A stretch of DNA of 49,891 bases, counting the filler, from Bipalium vagum (taxonomy: Eukaryota), in NCBI GenBank assembly GCA_037834085.1. It is 3 parts of 3 records of this genome, joined end to end, with 100 filler letters (N's around TTAATTAATTAA, not from the genome) between each part and the next. Parts side by side here need not be neighbours in the genome. Positions count along the whole stretch, not along the records: positions 15,882 to 32,179 come from JBBMKC010117338.1; 2 more parts are not named here. One strand, given 5' to 3'. A model generated the notes under the pieces. The model saw nothing but the letters and a program-made list of their open reading frames with translations. It was not told the DNA's origin and did not search any database. Both the position numbers and the translations under genes were made by a program. Below are positions 17,612 to 31,019 of the stretch, piece by piece. Numbering within the stretch: position 1 is the first letter of the stretch; the number at the start of each line of letters is the position of its first letter.

Positions 17612-18295
17612 TTAGGGTGGTCGAAAAGTCTTTAGACTATTTATTGGTAACTATGTTTTATTAGTTTGTATTGGTGCGTTAGAAAATGATTAGTAAGTGT
17701 TATATATCAAATTAAAGGATTTTTTACAGAATCAAATGGTACAATATTGATTCTTAGATTTTTATTAAAATCCTTTATATTTTTCATATGGGAAATCAAA
17801 ACTAACAATTACGTAATTAGTGAACTTTTTCTGTACGTATTCCAGTTAGGCCATAATGTCAAAGAGGCGATTCGAAATATCGTCAAAACAAAAGACGATG
17901 GCGATGGCGATGTTAAGCGTGCAATAGCTTTTAAGTGGTATAAAAATTTTAAAATGGCCTATTTGATCTCGATGATCAACCACGTACCGGACGTCCGTTT
18001 TCGATCGATCCTGAGGTCATCAGGAAGTAAACCCCATTACAAGTCAACAAAGACTTTCAGAATAGCTAAATTTGGTCAAATCAACAGTCCATGAACATTT
18101 GTATAGACTGAAAAAAGTTAACAAACGATGTAGGAAAATTCTTCGTAAATTAAGCAATGAGCAACAAAAACGAAGAGTCGAAAATTGTCACCAATTGTTT
18201 TGCAATTCATGTGACGAACGGTTTTTAAAACAAATCATCAATCTGACGACGAATGAATTTATTTTAACAACTTTACAGGCAAAATCAGTAGATAT
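17612..18295 (+). mobile_element. Decayed mariner transposon, 5' half
   Basis: TIR-like TTAGGGTGGTCGAAAAGTC after TA. Frames ELFLYVFQLGHNVKEAIRNI...AFKWYKNFK and STVHEHLYRLKKVNK...LSNEQQKRRVENCHQL...FLKQII correspond to mariner HTH domains leading to the first catalytic Asp. Confidence 0.85.
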
Positions 18296-18833
18296 ATAAT
18301 ATAATATAATATTATATATATATATATATATATAACAGTAAACTCAAAGTATAAAAATATACGAAAATAAAGATAAGATTTAATTCTTTTAAATTTTTTA
18401 GGTCCTTCCCATTTTATTTTAATCAATGTCTAACCTAATTTTATAAAACCATTTATTTATACTCTTTTATCAGATCAAATCCTTGGAGATCATTAATATT
18501 GAGTTTTGGTCATACACTTAAGCCATTCCAATGGCGCAGTTATTTGATACCATTATTTTAATCAATAAAATTTATGCAGAAGATGGAACGGCGAAATCAA
18601 TTATTATATTATCATCTTCCTCAGAATAGATTCAATCTTTATTTTTTAAAACAACATTGCGTTTCGGTATGAAAAAATAGTCAAAAAAATTATTAAAAAT
18701 GTAAATTTGAGAAAACTTGAAAATATTTGTATAAAAATATTTTAATATAAAGAGGTGGAAAAATAATATTGAGGTTTTCCTTATTTTCCGAAGCCATAAA
18801 AATATCGCATTTAATTCATAATAATAATAATTA

Positions 18834-18835
<2 letters not shown>

Positions 18836-18895
<60 letters not shown>
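18836..18895. repeat. (ATT)n microsatellite
   Basis: Read directly; produces the spurious poly-Asn ORF 18632-18928. Confidence 0.9.
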
Positions 18896-19149
18896 GTTAA
18901 ATTGATTATCATTATTTGACATTAACAAACCTTCATTGAAATCATAAATATTATTTTTATTGTTTATTTAAAAATATTTTCTTTTAATTTCTTATAAATT
19001 TATTAATTATTATTATTAATTAATTTATTAATTTCTTTTAATTAATTTATATTTTTAATATCCGAAGCTTGTTGACTTTATCTGACCTTTACCTTACAAG
19101 AAAAAATTATATTTTTACATTATAATTTTTACATTTATTAAGTTATGTT

Positions 19150-19560
19150 AATTATGAGCACCATATATCTGTTGAGAAGATATTCGATAATAAACATAAT
19201 CCATACTTTATTGGAATTATATTGCAAGCTAATATCGTATACACAGAGGAGACAAAGCGTCCTCTCAGAACAAGTATTAGTGAACATTCGCAATTAAGCA
19301 GAACGGGTAAAGTTCTAGATCGTTCTTTGAATTGTGTTGTGCGAAAAGGTAAAGTTAACGCTGAAGAATTTCGAGTAATTATGAATAATTTTGATAATAA
19401 CGATGAACGGAAGATATGCGGATCGTTATTAATAAAAGAACAGGACCCGGATATCAACATTCAAACTGGAGAAATAGAAAGCCATTTGATTGTCAATATT
19501 TTCTCGGATTAATTATTTATAAAAATTTTTTTTTAATCAATAATGAAAATCTCGTTTTGA
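19150..19560 (+). mobile_element. Penelope-like element GIY-YIG endonuclease relic
   Basis: ORF 19222-19512: QANIVY-TEETKRPLRTSISEH (YIGETxRxLxxRxxEH motif) ... ERKICGSLLIKEQDPDINIQ (C-terminal E/IK..P.IN motif). The CxxC segment between NIVY and GET appears deleted. Confidence 0.75.
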
Positions 19561-20238
19561 AATTAAACATTAATAATAAATAAATAATAATTTGTATAAC
19601 TGTTTATGATTATATAAAAATGAGAACATACATTAATTAAAATATAAATGATGATTTCAAGCTTTGCTAACCACCATGAACATTTTCAAAGAAGCGGGCT
19701 GTAAAAATTAATTTCTCTGTTGAAAAGCGATATTAAAAATATAGTCACGGTTAAATGAGAACGCCGTCTGGTAACGATGAGATGTTAAGATACCAAGTAT
19801 TGACGCAGGTTATTTTTATCTATTTCATAATATAATATTATTTATTTATATGCGAAAGAATGAAAGGATCCGCATATGTCTGATTTTAGAAGAGTATCAT
19901 GTTACAGAGCAGCATTAAAATATCATTAGAATGTTTTAATGATAGCAAAATTATATAAAATATGATTAGACGTTTACCCAAAGAAGAATGTCACAAATGC
20001 GTTGTCGTGTATAAATGATAACGATCTTACCCACGCAATTTTAATTCATAATTTTCAAAGATAAGATTCTAAGTACGACTCTATTTAAACAAATCATAAT
20101 AATTAAACGAGGGTCCCAAAATGAGCGATCACCAATTAAAGATTTGTTTTGGAATTATTGAAGTAAGAGACTATGTGATTAAGAATCTGGATGTGAACTT
20201 TAAATGACTGGTATGTGAGATAAATGGATAATTAGTCG

Positions 20239-20311
20239 TGAAATGTAGCTTAGCGATCAGAATAGTCCATGCGCATCTGAAAAGTCCTTGTTTCGAATCC
20301 CGGTATCTCAG
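20239..20311 (+). pseudogene. tRNA-Ala(CGC)-derived pseudogene or SINE head
   Basis: TGAAATGTAGCTTAGCGATCAGAATAGTCCATGCGCATCTGAAAAGTCCTTGTTTCGAATCCCGGTATCTCAG follows the eukaryotic tRNA-Ala pattern (..ATGTAGCTCAG..CGCAT..GTCCCGGGTTCGA..CCCGGCATCTCCA). CGC at 20272-74; A/B boxes recognisable; the acceptor stem pairs but D, anticodon and T stems are broken. Confidence 0.65.
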
Positions 20312-20553
20312 ATTAATTTTCAACTAACAATTAGTGAGTAATATGCCATTTTTGAAAAGGTACTGGATGATCAAAGTCTGAAAAATTGATTCGAATCAAA
20401 TTCATTTATAGCAACCATAACTAATGTAGGGATCATCCAAGAAGAACTGTCTGAATATAAAAACTCTATGAAAATTGTTATGAAAGGTAATCTTCATATG
20501 TTCTTACTAATTTGAGACTAACATTTATAAATTTCTAATCAAGAAGGGAAAAT

Positions 20554-20589
<36 letters not shown>

Positions 20590-23500
20590 AATAAGAATAA
20601 TTATTATTATAATCCTAACATTAGTCAAAGATTAGGGTAATGAAGTCAGACAATGATAACACTACTGAGGGCTAGTTTTTAATTAAATAATTTTTATGCA
20701 TAGTATTACTGGTTGTTTAATGTACAATAGGATCAATTAAAAGCAGGAAAATGTACTTGAATTAACTTTTTACAATAAAGATGTAAATTGAGTTTGCAAC
20801 TGTAGACAAGAATTAACATATCCCAGTATTTTCTTACAGCTTGTCCATCGGAAAATGGTTATTACATTCATTGAACTAAAGAAATAAGAGAGGAAAATTC
20901 TCAGAAATTTAATATATATTATGAATTTTTTGTGTTTATTAATGTAAAATAAAAATATTAGTATAAAAAATATAACAAAAAATATAATTAAAAATTGGAA
21001 ATAATTAAATTTTAAGTAGGCAGGATGAAATATTTTTTTTAATATTTATTTACTGTTGAGTTGGTGTTTGATGAAATTTTATATATAAAGTTTTAATAAA
21101 AAATTAATAAATTGTTACGAAATGTATCATTGAAATTGGTGATAATTGATATAGTTTTGATAAAATTAATATTTATGTGTATATAATTAATAATAATCTT
21201 CATAAATTATTATTCCCTCAAATTGATACGGGTAGTGGGAATTCTAATATTTAATCACATTTTTCTTTTTCCTGGAGTCTGAATTTTTTCATATATTCAT
21301 TCAATATTAATCTCATAATTAATGGAGAAAAAAATTTAAAGGAATTACTTTATTCAAGAAACAAATTGATAGGGACTGTTGTACTTATATTTTATGAACT
21401 ATTTTAATTGAAAACTAATTTTAAATATTAAATGATTTTTGTCTAATTTATGCTTTCTTTTTATTATGCAACTCGTGCTTACTTTTTATTAACATCTCAA
21501 AGTAATGAAATAATAAATGTAAGAAAATTTTTATATAAATTTTCTGTAGATTATGTGTGTCGAATATTACACACACGATAATATCAAGAGAAATAGCAAA
21601 AATTCGTTATTCAAAGAAATATATATATCCTCATCTTTCAACTGATTTCTGCTTTGAATTTTATTTTGGTTGAGACAAATCATTTAATGAGTCACTTTTA
21701 ACTTCTTCACCTATTTTAAAGTGCCGCTCAGCATCAACCTATGCTATCGACAGAACAGGTAGAAATCAATTTTTAATAAAGTGTGAATACTATCTAGCCA
21801 TTATTGTTTAAGAACTACTTAATGTATCTCTTATTTATTGTTTCAGCTTGATTATTTGATTTCTGTAAAAAGACCTAGATGATTGTTTTCTTATTAAATA
21901 GGTTTGTTTTTTCAATAATAACTCAGATCAGTGATTTTTAACATTATTTTAGTCATAGGAGATTGTAACAATTTCAAAATTTGACGTCACACTAAAAATA
22001 AAATTAAGAGACTTTTACTTACTTATACTTCATTCTGTGAAATAGTTTATGAACATAATTTGAAAGAATGAAGGAGAATGTTTATTTTATAAAGCCCCAA
22101 TGACTTACAAAATATTATTAATCAAATTATAATCGATAAAATTATTAATTACAAATTAATGCAAAATTTAACTTGATCATATCCTAGAATCTGCTTTATA
22201 TTTAGACATAGAAACGATAAAGCCATCCTAATTTCTTCTTTTATATTTAAAATTATTTATCTTCATATTTTCATGTTGCTTAATGTTGAAAATCCGACTA
22301 AATTGCACAAATGAAATGTAGAAAATTCCAATATTATTTTAAGCGTATATTTGGCCAACTTGGGTTTATCGCATTAAATGAATTAATTGGCCTTACCGAA
22401 TGCTTTGAAATTAAATCTCAATTATTACAAACGGAATTATTCATTCCTTTTCGTTCATAGTTAAATCATGTATAAACAAATATTTACATGTCGTTTTCCA
22501 AGTTATGTACGAGAGACAAAACTTTCCTCTGAACAATCGCCTTACCTTTTTATTCAATATCAAGGTTTCGTATTAAGCTTCACATGGCTTGGTATAAATT
22601 ACTGAATTAGGGACTTTGACAAGATAGCACTGCAGCAGAAGCCACTTCGACTTTTCATGTTTCATCTTTATCAGCCGTAAATTGAATAAATGGTTTTTTC
22701 TTCTGGAACATGCATGAAATTCACGTACATCATTGATCAACATTTTTTAAAAGATTTTTTCGATATGGTCTATTAATATCAATCGATTTATAATCAAAAC
22801 TACAACTCATTTTTAGAATCAATTTTAAAATAATTAAAAAATTCCCCAGGTCTGATTAGCCTTCTCATACAATCATTTTTAATTATCATTATTTTACTTT
22901 TAGACAGGATTACGGTTAATTTTGGTCTTTACTGCTCTAATGACTGCTGGTGTCTTCATTGAACGTAGTCTACATTTATAGAAGACTGTCTGAAAAGTAT
23001 TTCTAGAATCTTTATGTGAAATATTCAAAAAGTTATCTAAACATAATTCAGTCTGCTTATATCTTTAATAGTGCGATAATCCAAATTGTGTATAATCTTC
23101 GAAATTTTCACTTATTTATGATTATTGCTGGAGAAAATGCGAACTTGTGTAACGCCAAAACTGAAATACGGTTATCTATGATTCCCCCATCCACATTTAA
23201 TGTAAAACTGATTCAGAAAATAGTGAATTTTTTTTTGGTTCAACCAAAATAAAAATAAAAATATTGCTTCTCTAAGACTTTTAGATTATTGATTTTTAGG
23301 GATAGTGTTTGAGACAGTCTTTTAATCATTCATGACTGTCATTCTGTAACTTTTGATCTCCCTGTAATGACCTTTCCAGCTCATGATTTGGCTTATTTAC
23401 ACAATTTAAACAAGTTATTGATCGCAACAATATATGCTACAATCATTTTTATTAAATTAATTTTAAAATAATAGGTTAAAATTAAATATATTCTTGTGAA

Positions 23501-24028
23501 AATTTTTCCAACCCCCGAATAAATGGAATGTGACTTCGATCAAACTCTATTTAAATCGAAATTGTAATTTATTAAATTGTTTTAATGAGTTAAAATTGAA
23601 AATTTTAACAATATAATAAAGAGAATATTCTTTCGTCAATTTTTATTATTTTCCACTTTAAATCATTTTGCGAAACAAGAATAACGTTCATAAGTAATCC
23701 TTTTTCATAGTACTTTTACCTGAATCCCGTACAGAACACTTCATCTTTCATATAAATTCTCATACGATTATGTAATGCTACGTGATTGCTTTTCTCATTT
23801 GTGAGTTAACTTTTTCAGCCTCTTCCTATTTTATTATTAATCTTAATGTAGGTAGATTTCTCCTGGTATAGTAACATGGTTGAAAAATCATTATAGAAAT
23901 TTGAAAATTTTTTATTTTGATTTATTGTTTTGATTTCAGCTACGGCTTACCGGGGTTTCGAAAGGGAAAATTCAAAATTAGTTTTTACATTTTTATCTCA
24001 AATATTCACTTCTGAAAGCTTACAAAAA

Positions 24029-24248
24029 NNNNNNNNNNNNNNNNNNNNNNNNNNNNNNNNNNNNNNNNNNNNNNNNNNNNNNNNNNNNNNNNNNNNNNNN
24101 NNNNNNNNNNNNNNNNNNNNNNNNNNNNNNNNNNNNNNNNNNNNNNNNNNNNNNNNNNNNNNNNNNNNNNNNNNNNNNNNNNNNNNNNNNNNNNNNNNNN
24201 NNNNNNNNNNNNNNNNNNNNNNNNNNNNNNNNNNNNNNNNNNNNNNNN
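24029..24248. other. Assembly gap (220 N, no spacer)
   Basis: Run of N. Confidence 0.98.
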
Positions 24249-24499
24249 TTTTCTTGCAACTTTAAAGCTTAGATAAAAAGCATTAATTAATTTCCATGTT
24301 ATTCATGCTCAAATCTAAAGGCTTAGATTCCATAATATTTAATGTGGGAATAAAACGAATAAGAATAATTAATTATTTATAAATACAAAATTAATCTCTT
24401 AGGATATTATTATAATTAACTAATAAAATTAAATTAATTTATTAATTATAAAACAGAACCATATAACAGAGAAAGGTCTATCTATCCATCTATCTTCTC

Positions 24500-24915
24500 T
24501 AGATCAAAAAAATTCTTTTCTACGTTAAATAAGTTCGTTTTCGTGACAATGAGCTCGGACAGAAGAAAATCGGCATATAGGATCAAGATTCAATACAATT
24601 TTCAACCTAAAACTGTATTTGACTCTATACTGCGGTCGGCGAAACCATCTTCATTCCAAAGTAATGACAAATGGGAGCTGAAAACGGACAGTGAGGTATA
24701 AGCAGCGTTTAAGAAGATAGGACAATATTCCCCTCGTCTGACTTACGGGGACTGGATGGTTATAGACCCTGATTACCGGTTTATATTTCAGAACGAGGAG
24801 TGGGAAAATTCTCCCACAATAGAAGAAATTCAGAACAACTCTCTAGCTTAAAACCAGGTGAGGATGATGCTTCGCACTTAGTGACCTCTTGGAGACCTAT
24901 AGCGATGGTTGATTT
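24500..24915 (+). mobile_element. Decayed non-LTR retrotransposon RT fragment (R2/NeSL-like)
   Basis: Frames RLTYGDWMVIDPD...EWENS and ...VTSWRPIAM, matching RT domain 0/1 motifs (PGPDxLTY..W; NWRPIxL). Confidence 0.5.
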
Positions 24916-25399
24916 GTTAAGTTCCTAGAAAAATGAAATACAAACTAACTAATTGGATTAAGAATATTGATTCCGGACTTTAGGTAACCTATGGAAAGAC
25001 CGTAAGATAATTTACAGGCCCTAACCGCTGTGTAAATAGTAAACAAAAAGAATATATAAAAAGATTGAATAAAAAGAAGAATAATACTTGTTGCAAGAAA
25101 CTAGTGATTATTGGAAAATAATATTGATTTTAAATATCTCTTGTGTAATTTGAATACAAATTACCAAGACTTAGAATATGCAATTGAATATGAATAATAA
25201 TAACAAAAACAATTATATTTACCTAGCAGCTACTTCGCATATACAGGGTTATTCATTATTATATTGAAAAGTATAGCTTATTATACTTAAAACTATTACT
25301 TTTTACATTTATTAATGAAAAATTTTCATTACATACACGCTATTTACAGAATTAAATAAAATTATCTTTTGCCAATGCAATTTCAACAAATCTTTTCAT

Positions 25400-25960
25400 A
25401 TAACTGAAGAAATCTGGCAGACCAACGAAACGGTCCAGTCCCATCAATACATCTTCCAGGGACCTTAATAATAATCAACCGTTTCATTTTGTTGAAAAAC
25501 TCTTATAGATTTAGTTTAACGACAAAGTTGTAGCATGAAGCCAAACGTAAGTATGTCTAAATAGTTTTCTCCTTTCAGATACCCATGAAAGAAAAAAGAA
25601 CCATAAACACTGGTCATTGATAGACCATCCAAACTTAAACTTTTGAACTGGAGTGGGACTCTGACATAACTTCTTTATGAGGTTCAATGTCTCAAATTGA
25701 GTCTGTTGACAAATCCATTTAGAGAAAAGATTGCTTCATCAGCCAAAATCAAGTTTTGAAGGAAATATGGATTTTTGTCATTAATTAGGCTTTCGCACAT
25801 TGCAATTCTTTCAGCATATTCAGCATGTACCGTCTTTGGACAGTTTAGTCACAAGAGGTGAAAAATGGTTTCTGTACAATAAGGTAGAATTGAAAAGAAC
25901 CTGGGATAAAGTAGATGAAAGCGCAGAAACATTGCAAAGTCTGACTAACATCCAATGAAG
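25400..25960 (-). mobile_element. Decayed Tc1/mariner-superfamily transposase (DD41D/rosa-like)
   Basis: ERIAMCESLI...FLQNLILADEAIFSLNGFVNRLNLRH..., SSKV*VW, GENYLDIL and PGRCIDGTGPFRWSAR (cf. SDEAxFxLNGxVNxQN; PGRWIGRxGPxxWPARSPDL). Confidence 0.7.
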
Positions 25961-26159
25961 GTATTTGGATTATTTGCTATGGCTGCAGAGGCATTATTCC
26001 TTTTGAACTTCTTTAACGTGGCGAAACAATAACAGCTGGAAATTATTGTGAGGTACACACAGGCTTTGAACAATCGAAAAGGAAATCTTTCACTATGATA
26101 ATACCAGACTCCATGTTGCTCAAGAAACACTGCAATACCTACAGGAATAAAATATTCTG

Positions 26160-26370
26160 AACAGGCACATACTCTCTAGATATTAAACCTTCTGATTTTA
26201 TCTCTTCTGGTATTCATACAATGATTTGAGTGATAAGACGTTTAATTATGATGTAGCTGTCAAAGAATATCTTACGGAGTTTTCCAAGAAAAGCCAAGAA
26301 ATTTCTATCAACATGGATTCGATCAGGTTGTAGACCTTTGGAGAATACTTGTAGAGAGAAACAATGATTA
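26160..26370 (+). mobile_element. Mariner transposase C-terminal relic
   Basis: YSLDIKPSD (YSPDxAPSD) ... KTFNYDVAVKEYLTEF..EKPRNFYQHGFDQVVDLWRILVERNND. Confidence 0.7.
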
Positions 26371-28239
26371 ATTAATTAATTTATAAAGTTTTTATTACTT
26401 AACTTTTTCAAATCAACTTTTCCAATGGTCTTATACTTTACCAACTTTTGTTCAATTAGTTCCAATCGATTTCCAATGTGCAGCCAAATGGAGAAAGCAT
26501 TTTCAGAATTATTTTTCAGGTTCTGGTCAATTTCTTTTATTTATTTTGTCAAATCTCTGATCAATTTCAACATTCCTTTATTGACCCCAATTACTGTCAT
26601 CATGGAGATGAATGTCAAATAGATTAGCTGCACGTCTTTATGACCTTTAGGAACGATGAGATCATAAACCTTTATCTAACAGGCAAACAGAGTCAAAGTT
26701 TTTTAATTCCTCATGAGAAATTCACGTAAGTACATGATCCCTTGAAATTGGGTCATAGTTTAATGTAACCATGGACGTAAGGGTGGATTAACATTTACTG
26801 TTTGGTTGCCCGTGTTAATAATACATCAAATGTATTTAATAAAAAAGTTCTCAAACACCTTACTCTTGGTTTCCAATGTTGAATAATAAAACATATTAAA
26901 AACAATTAAAACCGAGAGCTTCTTCCCTAAATAAAACTTTTATTAAGGAAGCTTTCTGATTTACCTTTTTTCATTATTTGTCATTATAATTAACTACCAA
27001 AGATTCAAATGATTCTTATTCACAGATAACATCAACTTCTTCAACATATGAAGGAAACTTTTTTAAAAGACTTTTTTAACCTTTTTGAGTTCAAAAATCC
27101 TGAGAAAGACCCACGAACCTTACCATTCTTTCAAAATATCTTCATTAAGAATTCTTAATCAAATTTGATTAAAGACTGTGACTTTGTAACCAACGAGCAG
27201 CTAAATCGAATTTAAAAGATACCCAATTCAGATCTTAAGGGTTTTATACTGATTCCTGTATTATTAGAATAAGAAAGATGGGTTGTGGAATAATATTGTG
27301 GAAGTTCTAGAAATGACAAAACTCTAACCCTTGTATGAGAAAGTAGTGGGAATTTGTTCCATAAATTTTCTTTCTATCAATATAATAAACTTGGTTTTAG
27401 TTTATTCCCATGAAATATTGGTCCTGATATAAACATTTCACCGAAATAGTGACTCCATCAATACAAGTAGTCCTTTCCATGCAGATGAACAGTATGGTTT
27501 ACCTACTTCGACTTTAATAATAATTAAGATATGGGCATTCATTTCTGTATCCTACTTACATGTTGCAAAAGATATTACTTTGTAATAGAACGGTTGTAGG
27601 TTCTCCTTTCACTTGACTGTAACAGTCTCCCATCTGTCATGTTCTGCTTGATTCTCCTCAATTCTACATGTTACACCTTTCTCATCCAGATCCTTACAAT
27701 GTACCGTAGTAATGGATTTTCGTTCAGTGAAAACTCCATCGTTATAGTATCAATTCAGGCCTGTCTAAGTCGATGAATTGATTCAATCTCAATATTGTTT
27801 CCAAACTCATTTCCTATACATATATTAAGATAAATGTCAATCAATTTTTTCCTTTTTAAAAGACAAAAGTAGAAATTCCCAAGTCTTATTGAGAGAGAAA
27901 GTCTAACAATTAACTGGAGAACAATTACAATTTGCTTTATTTTTATCATTATATCTATAATAATTTCCCAATTTGATATGACTTTGTTATGGAACCTTGT
28001 TTTTAACTGTGGAAGTTTTGATACTTTATTCGTACACATTGGAAAAACTGTGGGGGGACTCTTACTAAGTCGCTTATTATATCAAATTCCCAAGAGTTAC
28101 TTCAGTTTCAATTATCTGTTCATGAAAATCTATCGTCAATCGATGTAAATATAAATAATTTTTATTTTCTCATAAAATTAAATATAATAATATAATATAA
28201 TATAATATACAAATATAATGTTCTAATAATATATGAGAA

Positions 28240-28798
28240 CACAAGTTGTTGTCACAGATAAAGAACTGGTTCAGATCGACCGCTGATTGCATATTCATGC
28301 TTGATACAGCGCTTTTCCATTAAGTTCAAGTTTTTTAAGTTTCAAATTTTTGTCTTCCTACGATTTCAATGTCCTATCATGACCAGAGAATTCACCGGAT
28401 CTAAACCTAATTGTAAATATCTGGGGAATTATGAAGAGTATTTTGTGTGAGATGACGTAGACCAAGAAGAAGGATCTCATCCGCAGCATCGACAGTATTT
28501 GGTTTCATAATGAACATTTTTATGAAAAGCTCCACAGATCTATCGACTTTATGCCCAAGCTTTTGCAGAAAGTGATCGATGGTAAAGGGGTCATACGTCC
28601 TACTAGTTGAAAATATTGCTTGTAGTTAATTACAACTATATAAATTGTTTTAATTTTTAATTATTCTTTTTCACGATAAGCTTTTGATCATACAGGAAAC
28701 ACTGCTCACATAAGTATAGATTATATACTTAGATATGGTTAAGATAAATTGAAAAAACATGAAAAAATGCAGTGGTTATAATAATATGACGCATACTG
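28240..28798 (+). mobile_element. Tc1 (DD34E) transposon 3' relic with right TIR
   Basis: FMLDTALFH...VLS*PENSPDLNLIVNIWGIMK...MPKLLQKVIDGKG; ends ...GCATACTG followed by TA (CAGT-type TIR). Confidence 0.8.
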
Positions 28799-29419
28799 TA
28801 ATATATGTATTCCATCCAATGAATATCGATTTATCAATTTATATATTTACAAAATACTTAAACAAGAAAATGTTTTATGAACTCATTATAAGATGCTCCT
28901 CATGAAGCCATAACCTGGTTTAAATGCGAGACACAGTGCTGAACAACTTAGTATTCCTTCTTTATTAGGCAAAAATTTGGCTTGTAATACACACTACATT
29001 ATATCTAGATTTTTACCAATTGATTTCTGTTATTACATATTTAAGGAATAAAATAAATCAAGGTCCTTAACGTTTAAATTCATGGGATTGGTCCAGTTAG
29101 TTCATAACATTAACTGTTGGAATTGGACTATACCCAATGTCTGCTTTTATCAACATTTTGATGAACATTTTTCATTTTGAATAAAAACGTCTGAGATTCC
29201 TTTATGTATATATTTTTTATTTTTTCATTATTTTTTTTTCACTAAAGTGGATTGAAAATATTTGCCTGTTTGTGAATATATTGATATTTATAAATAAAAA
29301 CCTATTTTCTTATAAATATCAATAACTGAGATTTTAGAAAAGTGATGTTATTTTTGTGTAAATATATTACTTAAAAAATTATAGACCACGAAATAAATAA
29401 GAAAATTAAATAACGGTAC

Positions 29420-29720
29420 TTGATATAGTTTTTGTTTAAATTTAGTAAAAAAAATGGTTTCAAAATTCATCAACAGCTATAGCACGTATACAAAAATAAG
29501 ACAATTGATTTTAGCAACGTTAGAAGATGGATAAAAGCTATAAAAAAGATTTCAATATTTAGATAAGTCCAGAAGAGGAAAACTATTATGAAAATGAGCG
29601 AATCAAATTCTGAACTTGTTATTGAATTTAATCCGTGATAACCGACGTATAAAGGTGATCAAAGTGTCTGACAAATCGAAATCTCTCATGAAAAACATTC
29701 TTTAGAATAAGGATATCTTT
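29420..29720 (+). mobile_element. Mariner N-terminal HTH relic
   Basis: IHQQL*HVY...IDFSNVRRWIK...LDKSRRGK...LIRDNRRIKV. Confidence 0.6.
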
Positions 29721-30042
29721 TGAAATGTCTCAGAAACAACTGGAGCGCACTTATAAATGGCTCTTTATTATAATATTATTTTCATTAATTGTTAAATAAT
29801 TTATAAGATTATTATTTGTTCAAAATCAAACAATGGATTCTATTTGTATATATTTAACAAACACAAAAATTTGGAATATATTGTGACAGAATTATCGATC
29901 AGTTATTATTATAAAATAAAATCTTTGAGAATTCAAACAAACAATTCATAAAATTCTTTTAGTCTAATTAAAAATGAAACAGGAAATAACATTATTTTTT
30001 CAAATTATGAAAATTAATAAAAACTTTAATATATATTTTTCA

Positions 30043-30084
<42 letters not shown>
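30043..30084. repeat. Inverted microsatellite (AAT)7(ATT)7
   Basis: Perfect palindrome centred at 30063/30064. Confidence 0.85.
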
Positions 30085-30085
<1 letters not shown>

Positions 30086-31019
30086 CTATTTACTAAATAT
30101 GCATTATTTTATTGAAAATACCATGCAAAATAATCACTTACAAGTTACAAAAAGTTTATTTCTTTATGACCAGAACTGACCATGAACGAAAGATCAAAAA
30201 ATAAATAATAATATTTTTTTAATTATATAACATTTTTAGAGACAACCAATTTATCAATTACTTCCAACAGATTTCATTCGAGTGATTTTGTTTTACTGTA
30301 TTATTCAATTTTCTATAATTACGAAAAACCCTTTACCAAAATTACAGTTTGTTTTAATTTTCCATAAAAATTATCAATGTCTTCTTGTATGAATTTTTTG
30401 TACAAAATAAAATAAAAATAGAAATATTTCCGTTATAATATCGTAATGCCTGGAAAGTGGAGAAAAATAAAATAATTATTTTTCTTGAAAATATATTATT
30501 AATCGTCTGAACAAATGATATTTTTACTAGTTTGTGTTTAAGTAATGATGAAATTTAATAACTTTTTATTATAAAATGACTTCCACGTCTGAGGATTTGA
30601 AAGGTGAACAATGATTATATATCATACATATAATTACCTGCGAAGATGTTGGTAATTTTAATCATAAAAATAATAATGTTTCTTTATTCAGAACCACTCA
30701 TTTATAAATTCTGATAATTTTTATAAATTATATTTGAGAAATTAATTTTAATCAAGTTATACGTAGGTGCTGCCATGTTTATAATACAAGACCCAAATTT
30801 CAAATTTATATTTTTCAAGTGCAAACAGATTATTTAAACAAACTTAAACGATATTTAACAATAAAAATTTAACTAACCAATTGTCCTGGACAATCATTAT
30901 AAATCTCACAACAATTTACTGGAATTTATTAATACTAAATTGTTAAATTATACACTTTATAAATATATAACTGTTACTGTATAACATATTAATTTTAAAA
31001 CATTGTATCAACAATATAT

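Noticed and set aside
18632-18928. Poly-Asn ORF
   Set aside because: Product of an (ATT)n microsatellite.
20239-20311. Functional tRNA gene
   Set aside because: D, anticodon and T stems have multiple mismatches; called pseudogene or SINE head instead.
23930-24265. ORFs spanning the N run
   Set aside because: Gap artefacts.
30691-30710. ttcag|A ACC ACT CAT (TTH) and 12867 DHFH as missing Castor exons
   Set aside because: Both hit a stop instead of the required (F)HC; no upstream Castor exon could be found.
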